From positions 186,001 to 250,000 of the forward strand of contig MU008184.1 in assembly GCA_010909165.1 (NCBI GenBank): a stretch of 64,000 nt of DNA, read 5' to 3'. The notes under the pieces were generated by a model that worked only from the letters and a program-made list of their open reading frames with translations, was not told where the DNA came from and searched no databases. Of this stretch, positions 33,700 to 45,387 are shown in pieces; the stretch's first letter is position 1, and every line of letters starts with the position of its first letter. This stretch comes from Anthoceros angustus. Its lineage: Eukaryota; Plantae; Anthocerotophyta. The position numbers and the translations under genes are program-made.

Positions 33700-35035
33700 T
33701 GAAGTACCTTTGCATTCAATCAGGAAGAACTGGGACGATATGATCGTATAAAGTTTAAAATTGTGACCACCACAAGCGAGCCTGAGTTCAGGAGGAGGCA
33801 CAAGTTGAGCCCCATGGAGTGAGACATTATGGATAAACGGTGCAAAGAACTCGCTGCGGTTGGGCTGATCAGAGAATCTAGCTCTCAATATGTTGCTGCC
33901 ACTGTGTTGCCACTTAAGAAGGACGAAAATAGTGAATGGAAAGACAGACGAATGCTTACCGTGAACTAAATGAATGGACTCCCATGGAACGATATCCTAT
34001 GCCCACCCCTGATGAAATCTTTGATACGATAGGAGAAGCCAAGTACTTCACCACATTGGACTTTCGATCTAGCTTCAATCAAATTGTTGTCAAAGAAGGA
34101 GACGAGTGTAAGACGGCTTTCTGGGGCAAGGATCAACTGTAGGAATGGAAAACGATGTCGTTTGGCCTGAAAAATTCATCCATCTATTTTCAGCGGGTAG
34201 CTGACTTGGAACTACAAGGACTGGCATTCATAAGGTGCTACATTGATGATATCTTGGTGTTCAGTAACAGCTTGGAAGAGCATCTCGAACATCTGGAAAT
34301 CCTGCTGCAAAGACCATCCAATTTGGGGTTGAAGGCACACCCAAAGAAATGCAGGTTTGCATATAAAGAAATAGAGTACTTGGGACATAAGATTGTGCCG
34401 GGAGGGGTGCTACCACAGTTGGCCAAAGTGCAAGCCATTAACCTCATGCCTAGGCCCAAGGATGTTGCTTTAAGAGCGTTTCTAGGACTCGTCAATTACT
34501 TCCGCCGATTCATCAAGAACATGAGCGGGACGTGCAAGGTGTTGTATGAGTTGCTTAAGAATGGTGTAAAGTGGCGATGGGATCAAGAGCAGGAGCAGGC
34601 GTGGCAGGAGTTAAAGGAACAATTGGCGGAAAGGCCAATGCTCAGAAGGCCTAACTTTGATAAGCCTTTTTTTTTGTATACGGACTAGAGTGCAACTGGG
34701 ATTGGGGCTGTGCTTGCACACGTAGATGAAGAAGGAAAGGAGCAAGTTGTTGCATATGCAAGTCGATTCAATAACTCTGCTGAAGCAAATTACTCATCCT
34801 ATGAAGAAGAGTGTTAAAATGCAGTCTAGGCTGTTTTGCATTTTAGAGTGTATCTATTTGGTCGGAGTTTTCAGCTAATAACTGATCATTAGCCATTGCA
34901 CTAGCTAATGACAAACATGAAGTTAGGCGGAAAGCTTGCTAGGTGGGTACTTTTGCTCTCGGAGTATGATATGCAAATTTGTGCACAGAGTAGGCAAAGT
35001 TCATCACAATGCTGATGGACTAAGCAGGAACTCGA
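33700..35035 (+). pseudogene. Gypsy reverse transcriptase and RNase H
   Basis: RYPMPTPDEIFD, KYFTTLD, KTAFW, MSFGLKN, CYIDDILVFS, FFLYTD, VVAYASR, HHNADGLSR. Confidence 0.92.
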
Positions 35036-38000
35036 TGCGTGATGATGGGGACATGACTGGTGCACAGCAAGATTTTGGATTCACCCAGAATATGCCCAGC
35101 CTATACATGGCACTCATGCCATGGAGCAGGAGGGTGAAGAACAGCTTGCTGAGACTGGACGAGACATATGGAAGCATGGACAGGCCATACAGCTGCTGAA
35201 AAATGGGCATGTGGCTGGCTTAGATGCTGCAACGCTTCGGAAGCTGTAACGAAGAATTGCTTATTACACATGGAAGGATGGCAAGATATTCATGACTGAT
35301 CGTGGGGTGACCAAGGAGATACCACATGTAGAAGAAAGGGAGCAACTGGTGACCAAGGTGCACAAAACGCTTGGGCATTTTGGTGTGAAGCGAACACATC
35401 ACATGCTGAAAAATACGTATTTTTGGTCAGGTATGTGTGCTGACGTTGAGCAGGTGTGTTGCTTGTGATGCAATGAAAGCGAGGTTAACAGTCAAGATGT
35501 GATATTACACTCACTACCCATCAGAGAACTCCTTTTCACGTGGTCTGTTGATTTGATGCCCGAACTCGGTGACAAGGCAAGGCAATAAGCATTGCATACT
35601 GATGATAGAACACTTCTCGAAATGGGTGGAGTTGGCTTTTCTTCCATTAAGGACCTCACGGCATACGGCTCGAGCATTTCCACAATGTGTCCTGAGCAGA
35701 TATGGGAGTTGTGCCGAAGTACTGATCAAGGCAATGAGTTTCGGGGTGAATTTTAAGCATTGGCCGGAAGTTTGATAGACCATAGGCGGACATCTTGAGA
35801 CCATCCTCGTGACAACTTGGCGGGCTAGTGCACTTTCGTGGATTCTCTTCGCAAGTACTACACGAAAGTTGAACCCAGCTATTAGGATGAACTGCTGCTG
35901 TATGTTGCCTTGGGATACAGAGTCAGTATACAAGCGGCATCAGGCAGCTTCAGTCCATAATACATCATGTTTGGCAGGAACATAACGCTACCAAACATCG
36001 TGGTGGACATATATTCCAAACCAATGGATTGGGCTCAGAACCTGCAGGAACTTCACATTCTGATGTATGCGCATGGTGGTTGGATTAGAAGTGTCTTGCA
36101 GATTACAGGCGCATGCATATTCCCGTTCGAGCGTGGTGGTGTGCCGCGAATAAACAGCAGGCATGCGATTGATTGAAGTCGCAATTCAGCGCATTGATTC
36201 CTTCCCAGGGTTGAGCTAGTGCTAGAACTAGTGAGCAATGGGCAGCTATGATCGCAAATTCCCAAGACTCTCACGGCGATAAGACATATGGGTTGATGGA
36301 GGGGAGAATTGCACCAACTTCAACATGGATTCAGCGGCTTTGCATATGAAAGCTAGTGTAGACACCAGCGTTTGCTCCACGCAAAGCAGCTAGCAAAGGT
36401 AGGCATGTGAATTGAGAACCCGCTATATCCAGTCTTCATCAAACAAAATTGTTCGCCAACCAATGAGAGCAAGTTGATTCGCAAGAGCAAAATGTGAGCA
36501 CTCATGAGTCGAGTTCAGACGCGTGTGTGGCACTAAATTAACTCTCATAGTCAAAGCAAGTGGCTTAGCTAGTCTTTGGAATGAAACATCGATAGAAGGG
36601 CCGATGCGCACTCGACAATTCTACTTTCTTTGTCAACTCGGAGACCTAATGCAAGTGCAACAATGTGAGTGATCGGTATGCAACATGCGGAAAGGCCAAT
36701 GCTCAAGGCCTAACTTTGATAAGCCTTTTTTTGTATCGGACTAGAGTGCAAGGATTGGGCATGCTTGCACACGTAGATGAAGAAGGAAAGGAGCAAGTTG
36801 TTGCATATGCAAGTCGATTCAATAACTCTGCTGCAAATTACTCATCCTATGAAGAAGAGTGTTAAAATGCATGTTTTGCATTTTAGAGTGTATCTATTTG
36901 GTCGGAGTTTTCAGCTAATAACTGATCATTAGCCATTGCACTAGCTAATGACAAACATGAAGTTAAGTGAAAGCTTGCTAGGTGGGTACTTTTGCTCTCG
37001 GAGTATGATATGCAAATTTGTGCACGTAGTAGGCAAAGTTCATCACAATGCGATGGACTAAGCGAACTCGATGCGTGATGATGGGGACATGGTGCATGAA
37101 GATTTTGGATTCACCGAATATGCTCACTATACATGGCACTCATGCCATGGAGCGGGAGGGTGAAGAATTCTTGAGGCCGAGACATATGGAAGCATGGACA
37201 GCCATACATGCTGAAAATGGGCATGTGGTGGCTTAGATCGCAACGCTCGAAGTCAGAACGAAGAATTGCTTATTACACATGGAAGGATGGCAAGATATTC
37301 ATGGTGATCGGGGTGACCAAGGAGATACCACATGTAGAAGAAAGGAGCAAAGGTGCACAAAACGCTTGGCATTTTGGTGTGAAGCGAACACATCACATGC
37401 TGAAAAATACGTATTTTTGGTCAGGTATGTGTGCTGACGTTGAGCAGGTGTGTTGCTTGTGATGCAATGAAAGCGAGGTTAACAGTCAAGATGTGATATT
37501 ACACTCACTACCCATCAGAGAACTCCTTTTCACGTGGTCTGTTGATTTGATGCCTGAACTACTGGTGACAAGGCAAGGCAATAAGCATTGCATACTGATG
37601 ATAGAACACTTCTCGAAATGGGTGGAGTTGGCTTTTCTTCCATTAAGGACCTCACGGCATACGGCTCGAGCATTTCCACAATGTGTCCTGAGCAGATATG
37701 GGAGTTGTGCCGAAGTACTGATCAAGGCAATGAGTTTCGGGGTGAATTTTAAGCATTGCTGGACAGAAGTTTGATAGACCATAGGCGGACATCTTGAGAC
37801 CATCCTCAAGCTGACAACTTGGCGGAGCGGCTAGTGCAGACTTTCAGGGATTCTCTTCGCAAGTACTACACGAAAGTTGAACCCAGCTATTAGGATGAAC
37901 TGCTGCTGTATGTTGCCTTGGGATACAGTCGATACAAGCGCATCGTGCATCCATAATACATCATGTTTGGCAGGAACATAACGCTACCAAACATCGTGGT

Positions 38001-40780
38001 GGACATATATTCCAAACCAATGGATTGGGCTCAACTGCAGAACTTCACATTCGATGTATGCGCATGGTGGTTGGATTAGAAGTGTCTTCTGATTACATGC
38101 ATATTCCGCTCGAGCGTGGTGGTGTGCCGCGAATAAGCAGCATGCGATTGATTGAAGTCGCAATTCAGCGATTGATTCCTTCCTGTGGTTGAGCTAGTGC
38201 TAGAACTAGTGAGCAATGGGCAGCTATGATCGCAAATTCCCAAGACTCTCACGATAAGACATATGGGTTGATGGAGGAGAATTGCACCAACTTCAACATG
38301 GATTCAGCGGCTTTGCATATGAAAGCTAGTGTAGACACCAGCGTTTGCTCCACGCAGCTAGCAAAGGTAGGCATGTGAATTGAGAACCCGCTATATCCAG
38401 TCTTCATCAAACAAAAATTGTCTGCCAACGGCAACAGGAGCAGGTTGATTCGCAAGAGCAAACAGTGTGAGCACTCATGAGTCGAGTTCAGCAGACGTGT
38501 GTGGCACTAAATTAACTGCTGTCTCATAGTCAAAGCAAGTGGCTTAGCTAGTGCTGGAATGAAACATCGATAGAAGGGCTGATGCGCACCTCTGACAATT
38601 CTACTTTGCTGTCAACTCTGGAGACCTAATGCAAGTGCAACAATGTGAGTGACTGGTATGCAACATGCGGAAAGGCGATGGAGGTGTAATTTTTATCATC
38701 AGTTTGTAGGAATAGTGGCAATTGTTGTGGTAATTTTGAGTAGGTAGTCTAAAGACATCAAGTGACAAGGGAGATTGTAAGTGGATAGTGTTGTGGCGTC
38801 TTTCTTAGTCTAGTGACAAATTCGGTTCACAATGGATCTAGAGGCGAACCACACCTATAAGTCATGTTTTTGCAGGATGAACCATATGTGTAGCGCAGTT
38901 TCCTAAGCGGCCATGGGAGGACAAGTGTCCTTTGGTTCGAAAGTATCCACCTGGCAAGCCCGAGCGTCCCGAAATCTTTTTGGAGTCGCAAGCATTTTTG
39001 TGATACGTGGAGTCTCATCATGAGACTTGCAACATAGAGAACTTTCCGTATGACCACAGGGACCTTTTTGAGCTCGCAGGATAAGGGATGAACAGGCAAA
39101 ATTTTGTGTGGACCAGCTATTGTGAAGAGGCCTTTCGCAAACTGGAACGCCACATTTTTATGCACCAGGTGTTTGATCACTGGACCAAAGAAGGTTTCCT
39201 ATCTTACAGGAAACAAGAGAAGCCTGCAGACTTGTGCAATTTGAAAGTGTGGTCACTTACATCGAGGAAAAAATGCAGGGCGCTATGCCATAGGATATCC
39301 CAAGGCATTTTACCGATTGTTTGCTTGTTTGCGCACAAGGATATTGGAGTGGGATGAGCCGACATCAGAATGTTGGCATCTTCTCAATGACAATGTGGGA
39401 GAATTCTTGGGCTCAACTGCAGGAACTTCACATTCGATGTATGCGCATGGTGGTTGGATTAGAAGTGTCTTGCAGTTCATGTATGCATATTCCGATTCGG
39501 CGTGGTGGTGTGCCGCGAATAAGCAGCGAGCATGCGATTGATTGAAGTCGCAATTCAGCGCATTGATTCCTTCCCAGGGTTGAGCTAGTGCTAGAACTAG
39601 TGAGCAATGGGCAGCTATGATCGCAAATTCCCAAGACTCTCACGATAAGACATATGGGTTGATGGAGGAGAATTGCACCAACTTCAACATGGATTCAGCG
39701 GCTTTGCATATGAAAGCTAGTGTAGACACCAGCGTTTGCTCCACGCAAAGCAGCTAGCAAAGGTAGGCATGTGAATTGAGAACCCGCTATATCCAAATCT
39801 TCATCAAACAAAATTGTTCGCACGGCAGCTGAGTTGATTCGCAAGAGCAAGCGGTGAGCACTCATGAGTCGAGTTCAGCAGACGGTGTGGCACTAAATTA
39901 AGCTAGCCTCATAGTCAAAGCAAGTGGCTTAGCTAGTGCTGGAATGAAACATCGATAGAAGGGCTGATGCGCACCTCTGACAATTCTACTTTCTTTGTCA
40001 ACTCGGAGACCTAATGCAAGTGCAACAATGTGAGTGGTATGCAACATGCTAAAGGCGATGGAGGTGTAATTTTTATCATCAGTTGTAGGAATAGTGGCAA
40101 TTGTTGTGGTAATTTTGAGTAGGTAGTCTAAAGACATCAAGTGACAAGGGAGATTGTAAGTGGATAGTGTTGTGGCGTCTTTCTTAGTCTAGTGACAAAT
40201 TCGGTTCACAATGGATCTAGAGGCGAACCACACCTATAAGTCATGTTTTTGCAGGATGAACCATATGTGTAGCGCAGTTTCCTAAGCGGCCATGGGAGGA
40301 CAAGTGTCCTTTGGTTCGAAAGTATCCACCTGGCAAGCCCGAGCGTCCCGAAATCTTTTTGGAGTCGCAAGCATTTTTGTGATACGTGGAGTCTCATCAT
40401 GAGACTTGCAACATAGAGAACTTTCCGTATGACCACAGTGAGCTCGCAGGATAAGGGATGAACAGGCAAAATTTTGTGTGGACCAGCTATTGTGAAGAGG
40501 CCTTTCGCAAACTGGAACGCCACATTTTTATGCACCAGGTGTTTGATCACTGGACCAAAGAAGGTTTCCTATCTTACAGGAAACAAGAGAAGCCTGCAGA
40601 CTTGTGCAATTTGAAAGTGTGGTCACTTACATCGAGGAAAAAATGCAGGGCGCTATGCCATAGGATATCCCAAGGCATTTTACCGATTGTTTGCTTGTTT
40701 GCGCACAAGGATATTGGAGTGGGATGAGCCGACATCAGAATGTTGGCATCTTCTCAATGACAATGTGGGAGAATTCTTGC
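34625..40780. repeat. Overlapping tandem duplications: ~2 kb (34625-36685 / 36686-38670) and ~1.4 kb (38030-39407 / 39408-40780)
   Basis: Direct identity between blocks, with deletion-biased differences. Confidence 0.88.
35250..36050 (+). pseudogene. Gypsy integrase (degenerate); duplicate at ~37260-38030
   Basis: GHFGVKRT...YFWSGM; WSVDLM; MIEHFSKWVE; MFGR. Confidence 0.85.
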
Positions 40781-43048
40781 GGGCTCATTGTATCGAGAAG
40801 CAATATTATGTGGATGGTTTGAATGGACCATAGTTGCCTTGGGTCAAGACTGAGCTTGACATTGATGAGGAAGAGGAATTGATAGCTCGACATCGAGCCA
40901 GAGAGCGGGCACGATTGGGCAATTGCGCAAGTTGATGAATACTTTGACCCAAAAGAACGGCGTGTGGCAGCTCTATTGGCTATAGGAAGGACCGCGCATG
41001 ACAAACCATCTGAACCTCAACTTCGAGACACCATGTTCAGAAGGTTCTAATGTCGGTTTTACGGCATTTAAATGTCCAAAGTGGTGCTTCAACGGTGTCG
41101 GCAAGTGTGGTTGTAGCCCCAACTTTGGTAGGGGGGCCATTTGATGCTACTGGTTTTAAGTCTTATTCGTAATGGTTAGTCTAGATCCCTTGACATGCTG
41201 CATGATCAGTCAGGGTAGCTTCGGTTGTTGGGCATGGCCTTTAGTTGAGCCCATGCTATTTTTTGAGATACTGTAGGATAGAAGTGCTGATATTTGCTTA
41301 GCCTTAGGTGTGTCATGAGCACTATATGGCTATGGCGCCATAGAGGCCTGTCTGTCAATGCCGTTCCCGAGCCGCTCCTTAGAACGTCGTACGGTCCGTG
41401 CGCTCTCTCCACCTAGGTCACTAGGCGCAGGGGGATTCACCGGACCCTCAACCGCTAAGCGGCATTCCCTACGCTCCCTTGGGCAGGCGCACAACCGTCT
41501 TGGGCTTTCACTAACCGATTTCGGCAGACAAGACCTGCAAGTGAACACGAGCGGCCAAACTCTCTTTATGCCAAAAGAAGTACCTGGGAGATAGCCCAAC
41601 CCGATCAATGAACCGGACCACCTTGCGTGTCACCTTTCGCAGAACCAACCACCTAAGGTTACAACCTCTGACCGGACCCATACTCCACCCCAGACTTCCC
41701 CCACGCGTTCTCCTCCCTCTCATACTCTACCGTATCCCATAACAGGCCATCAACTAAGGCCCGACATTACCAGACGTTTAAGGACCCATCCGCATCCTTC
41801 AGCTAGCAGTCGCTAGCCCCTCCGTTCTCACTCCTCTCAACGCTCGTCGTTCCCCACTCGTTTCTTCTCTTCTGCCATCAAAGATCCGTTCAGGGTGTGG
41901 CTTCACGCTCTAGAAGAGGCGTGGTTGCTGCAATACCTCCGTGGCCACGTCCGCATAAGCAAGGCCGGTTTGGGCACCTCCACTTGGCTTCACTGCTTCC
42001 GCCACTAGCTAACACTCCAGCACGCTTAACTCCTTTGTCCTGCTCACGAGGAACAAGGGGCTGAGCGCTTCAGCACTTGCACTCAATACCACGTGTTAGG
42101 GACTTGTCACCAGAGCCAGGATATCCCTCTCCGGGGCGGTCCGCCTGCTCGGTGACTCGGGCAGCACTCGGACCCAAAAGGAAAAATCACATTATAGGGG
42201 TGGCAACCTCCCTCTTATACAGCTCTGAAGGCTGTGCTTACTACAACCCTTAGCTGGCCCTGTCAACCACATACTGCTAGATACCTCATTATTCCTACGC
42301 ACGCGGAAGAAGGTGCCGGATCCCCCACTCGTGCCTACCTGCGCCTATGACGATTGGGGTGCTGATCGCGGCTGGCCCCTCTTGTTGGCGACCCAATGCC
42401 TCTACCCAGCATCGAAGGCGCAAGTGCACCTAGCCAGATTATTCGCGACCCCTGCCTTCTAGCAGAAGCCTGAGGTTCTCCTCTAGGACCTACGCTGTCG
42501 GCTTAGGTCACCACCGTGTCCTCCTCAGCGTCTGCTATAAGCAGCACTGGATTTCCGAGATTTTCACCTTGTCTACTGGGAGGGCCTGCGCCTGCACCTC
42601 ATTCCATGCCACTCGTTTCGTGGGCGGGCTGTTTTATTTGGGATATGGTTGGGCACGGGGGTCATGTGGCCATTAATGGCCATCTAATCCCACATGGGCA
42701 TGGCTTTTCGCATGCCCATGGATACATACCCGAATAACTACCTACCTAGCTACCGCTACCTACTGTTTATTACCCATAGTAATTACTAATAACCTGCTTA
42801 GGTTAAGTGGGAGTGTTAGTGGTGAGGGGTTAGTTTAACTTACTAGTTATTATTTATTTAATATTTAGGCTAATTGTGAACTATCACCACATGACCACCT
42901 CACAAGTATTTGAGACAATTTTATAATGTGTCTTAATTAATTGCATCTTGCTTTGTTGTGCAATTCTGTTTAGAGCTTCCGCTCGTAAATTAATTACATG
43001 AATTTAGGTACAAATCCAATGTGAATAGCTAAGAGAACATGATGCGGT

Positions 43049-43464
43049 CAGGGTGTCATTTTGACCGAGTACTAGCTCGATCCCGGACCGAGGGTGGGGA
43101 CCGGACTCAAGAACCTTCGGTCCCGGACCGAGCGAGGATCATTTTACCCTTGGTCACTAAATATAATAAATATTAAATAAATAATTTATAAATAATAATA
43201 TAAAAATACAAATGTTTAATAAGTGTCTTTATGAACATACCAATTATAAGATGGGTCCATGTGTCCATTATAAATATAAATCCTTGGATATAAAATTAAA
43301 TAATTTACTAATTTTAAACCGGACCTTTTATGAACCCTCGGTCCCCTATCTTTTCGGGGACCGAGGGTGGGGACCGGACTCCTGAAGAACCTTCGGTCCC
43401 ATGTTTTTTTTAACACATGCCGGGATCGGGACCGAGCTTGGGACGGGGTCAAAATGACACCCTG
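43049..43464. mobile_element. Non-autonomous hAT-type MITE, 416 bp
   Basis: 18-bp TIR CAGGGTGTCATTTTGACC / GGTCAAAATGACACCCTG; perfect 8-bp TSD GATGCGGT at 43041-43048 and 43465-43472; subterminal GGACCGAG repeats; AT-rich core. Confidence 0.9.
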
Positions 43465-43544
43465 GATGCGGTCATACTAGGGCTACTAGGAGCAAATGTG
43501 GGAATTGAGAACGAATTATACGTAGCTCTTCAATGTGCCAACAT

Positions 43545-43830
43545 GAAACTACCCCAAGACCAGAAATCACCGTAAAAAACCCTACGCATTTGCCTACACT
43601 GCCCCGCAAGTGAAGTAGGTGATGAACAACACCTAGCTCTTTACCTAGCTTTCCAAGAACCAGGCATGGAACTACCCCAAGACCAGAAATCACTGTAAAA
43701 AATCTCATGCATTTGCCAACATTGTCCCACAAGTGAAGTAGCGATGAACAGCACCTAGCTCTTTACTTGCGTAGCTTTCCAAGAACCAAGCATAAAACTA
43801 CCCCAAGATTAGAAATCTTTGTAAAAAACT
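43545..43830. repeat. ~125 bp tandem repeat, about 2.3 copies
   Basis: AACTACCCCAAGA...AGAAATC at ~43548, 43670 and 43796. Confidence 0.8.
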
Positions 43831-44913
43831 GATAAAGAAAGCTTCCAAGGGGTATCATCCTTCCTACAATCCGCTAAGGAAAAAACAGACAAGCTCTAGT
43901 CTGACAAACCTAAATAGTCCCAACAAACTTTTATTTTAGTTTTTTTTTTTTAAGCCCTATAGGGTCGATTCCCAACATCGCGAGGTATGTTAGGTTCCCT
44001 CCTGCAAGCCGCTCAAAACATGATAAGTAAATATATATAAACATATGGTGTGATATTTTATTTAAAAGATTTTAGTTTATAAAATATGTATTTAATTGAA
44101 CTAAAAATTATTTCAAAATTATAAACTGGTTTTTTTCTAAAAATTAAACTAATCAATAAAAAGGCCGACCAATACAACAAGATCCTACGATACTGCTTTT
44201 TTCCTTCCCAAGTTTCCCTTGGGAAGGATGAATATGCTTACTTAACTCCATCCCTTTCTTTGGGAATGGATAAATATAAAAATAGTTTATTAGGGAAAAA
44301 TTTGACGGGAAAACCCCATCCGCTAGAGGACAACCAAGGGAGACCCAGATCGTGGTCAAAAAACAGCAAGAGAAGTGACCAATTATGGCTATAATATCGA
44401 ATAAATGACCTACAAACAACAGGAAGAGGAGGATGCTATCATTTGCTATCACCGCTACCTATATAGATGAATTGCCCTGGAAAGAGCCCGTTGAAGGGCA
44501 AATAGACTGCTGTTTAAAGAACGCCGTGAAGTAGGAAAGAAACAGCCGGCATACGGTGCCCGCGGGCATGATAAACGTTGGTGATGGATGAATGTGCTCG
44601 CTTGAACTCCATCGCGACCAAACTTGCGACATGGACATGGATGGCTAGCTCTGATCTAATGAATCGAGTGAATGTTTCTTTCCTGGAATTAGCGTTAACC
44701 AAGGATTCACGCATCTGCTTGGGTACCCGATGAGTGCATTAGAGAGACCTAGCGCTCTGAGAAACGGAGCCGGTACCAGGCGGGGGACCTCCCGTGCACG
44801 GGCCCCGTTTCTCTCTCGGCACTATCCTTCAGGGTGGTGTGGTCATGCACGGTACCTGAGAATCCTGCTACAGTCTCTCGTGGGACTCATCTTCCGACAG
44901 CGGTCCCTGAACT

Positions 44914-45369
44914 ATGGGCACAATATGGCAACCAGACCTGCTTTGGACCCAACACATTGGTGTGTGTACAGGGATTCTACAAGGAGCTCCCGCTCACCAC
45001 ATCTTAGGGAGTCAACCCCTAGCCACCAAAGCCTCCTGGTGCAGCAGTGTAAGGAGCCCACCGCTTCCACTTCCGATGAAACGTGTCGGTGGGGACGGGG
45101 TTTCCAATGATGGTCGTCGCCAGGAGCAGGAGCACTTGTGGCAACAATTTTTCCTGGACCCTGCCATGTGGTGGGACAACAGACGGGATAAGAAGACCTC
45201 CCGTTCACCTGACTTCCGGCGAAAGGGATCCGGCGAGGTCTTGTGGTTAAACAACGTGTATAAGCCCGCTTGGGTTGATGAGCAGCTCAATTCCTTGGAT
45301 ATGCAGCTGGGTCATGGTGCCTCTCCTTCCAAGTCGAGCTCTCCGGATAATTCTGAAGAAGGGGCGTGA
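44914..45369 (+). CDS. N-terminal module of the PPR gene (possible transit peptide plus OSB-type PDF motif), in frame with the PPR ORF but ending in TGA
   Basis: LWQQFFLDPAMWWDNRRDKKTSRSPDFRRKGSGEVLWL...PAWV; same reading frame as ORF 45388-47823. Confidence 0.7.
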   Translation: MGTIWQPDLLWTQHIGVCTGILQGAPAHHILGSQPLATKASWCSSVRSPPLPLPMKRVGGDGVSNDGRRQEQEHLWQQFFLDPAMWWDNRRDKKTSRSPDFRRKGSGEVLWLNNVYKPAWVDEQLNSLDMQLGHGASPSKSSSPDNSEEGA

Positions 45370-45387
45370 AGGATCGGAACCGGCATC

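Larger units (their letters stand above)
31400..41140 (+). mobile_element. Degenerate Ty3/gypsy retrotransposon encoding gag, protease (inverted), C5-DNA methyltransferase remnant, RT, RH and integrase; boundaries approximate
   Basis: Domain motifs as in the features below; purine/G-rich PPT-like tract at ~41127-41137; LTRs not identified. Confidence 0.75.

Noticed and set aside
41200-42600. LTR-like non-coding block
   Set aside because: No second copy, TG...CA ends or TSD could be established within the window.
45367-45369. Idea that the in-frame UGA is repaired by U-to-C self-editing to CGA
   Set aside because: The paralogue has TGC, so the change is at the third base; the gene is nuclear and such editing is known only in organelles.
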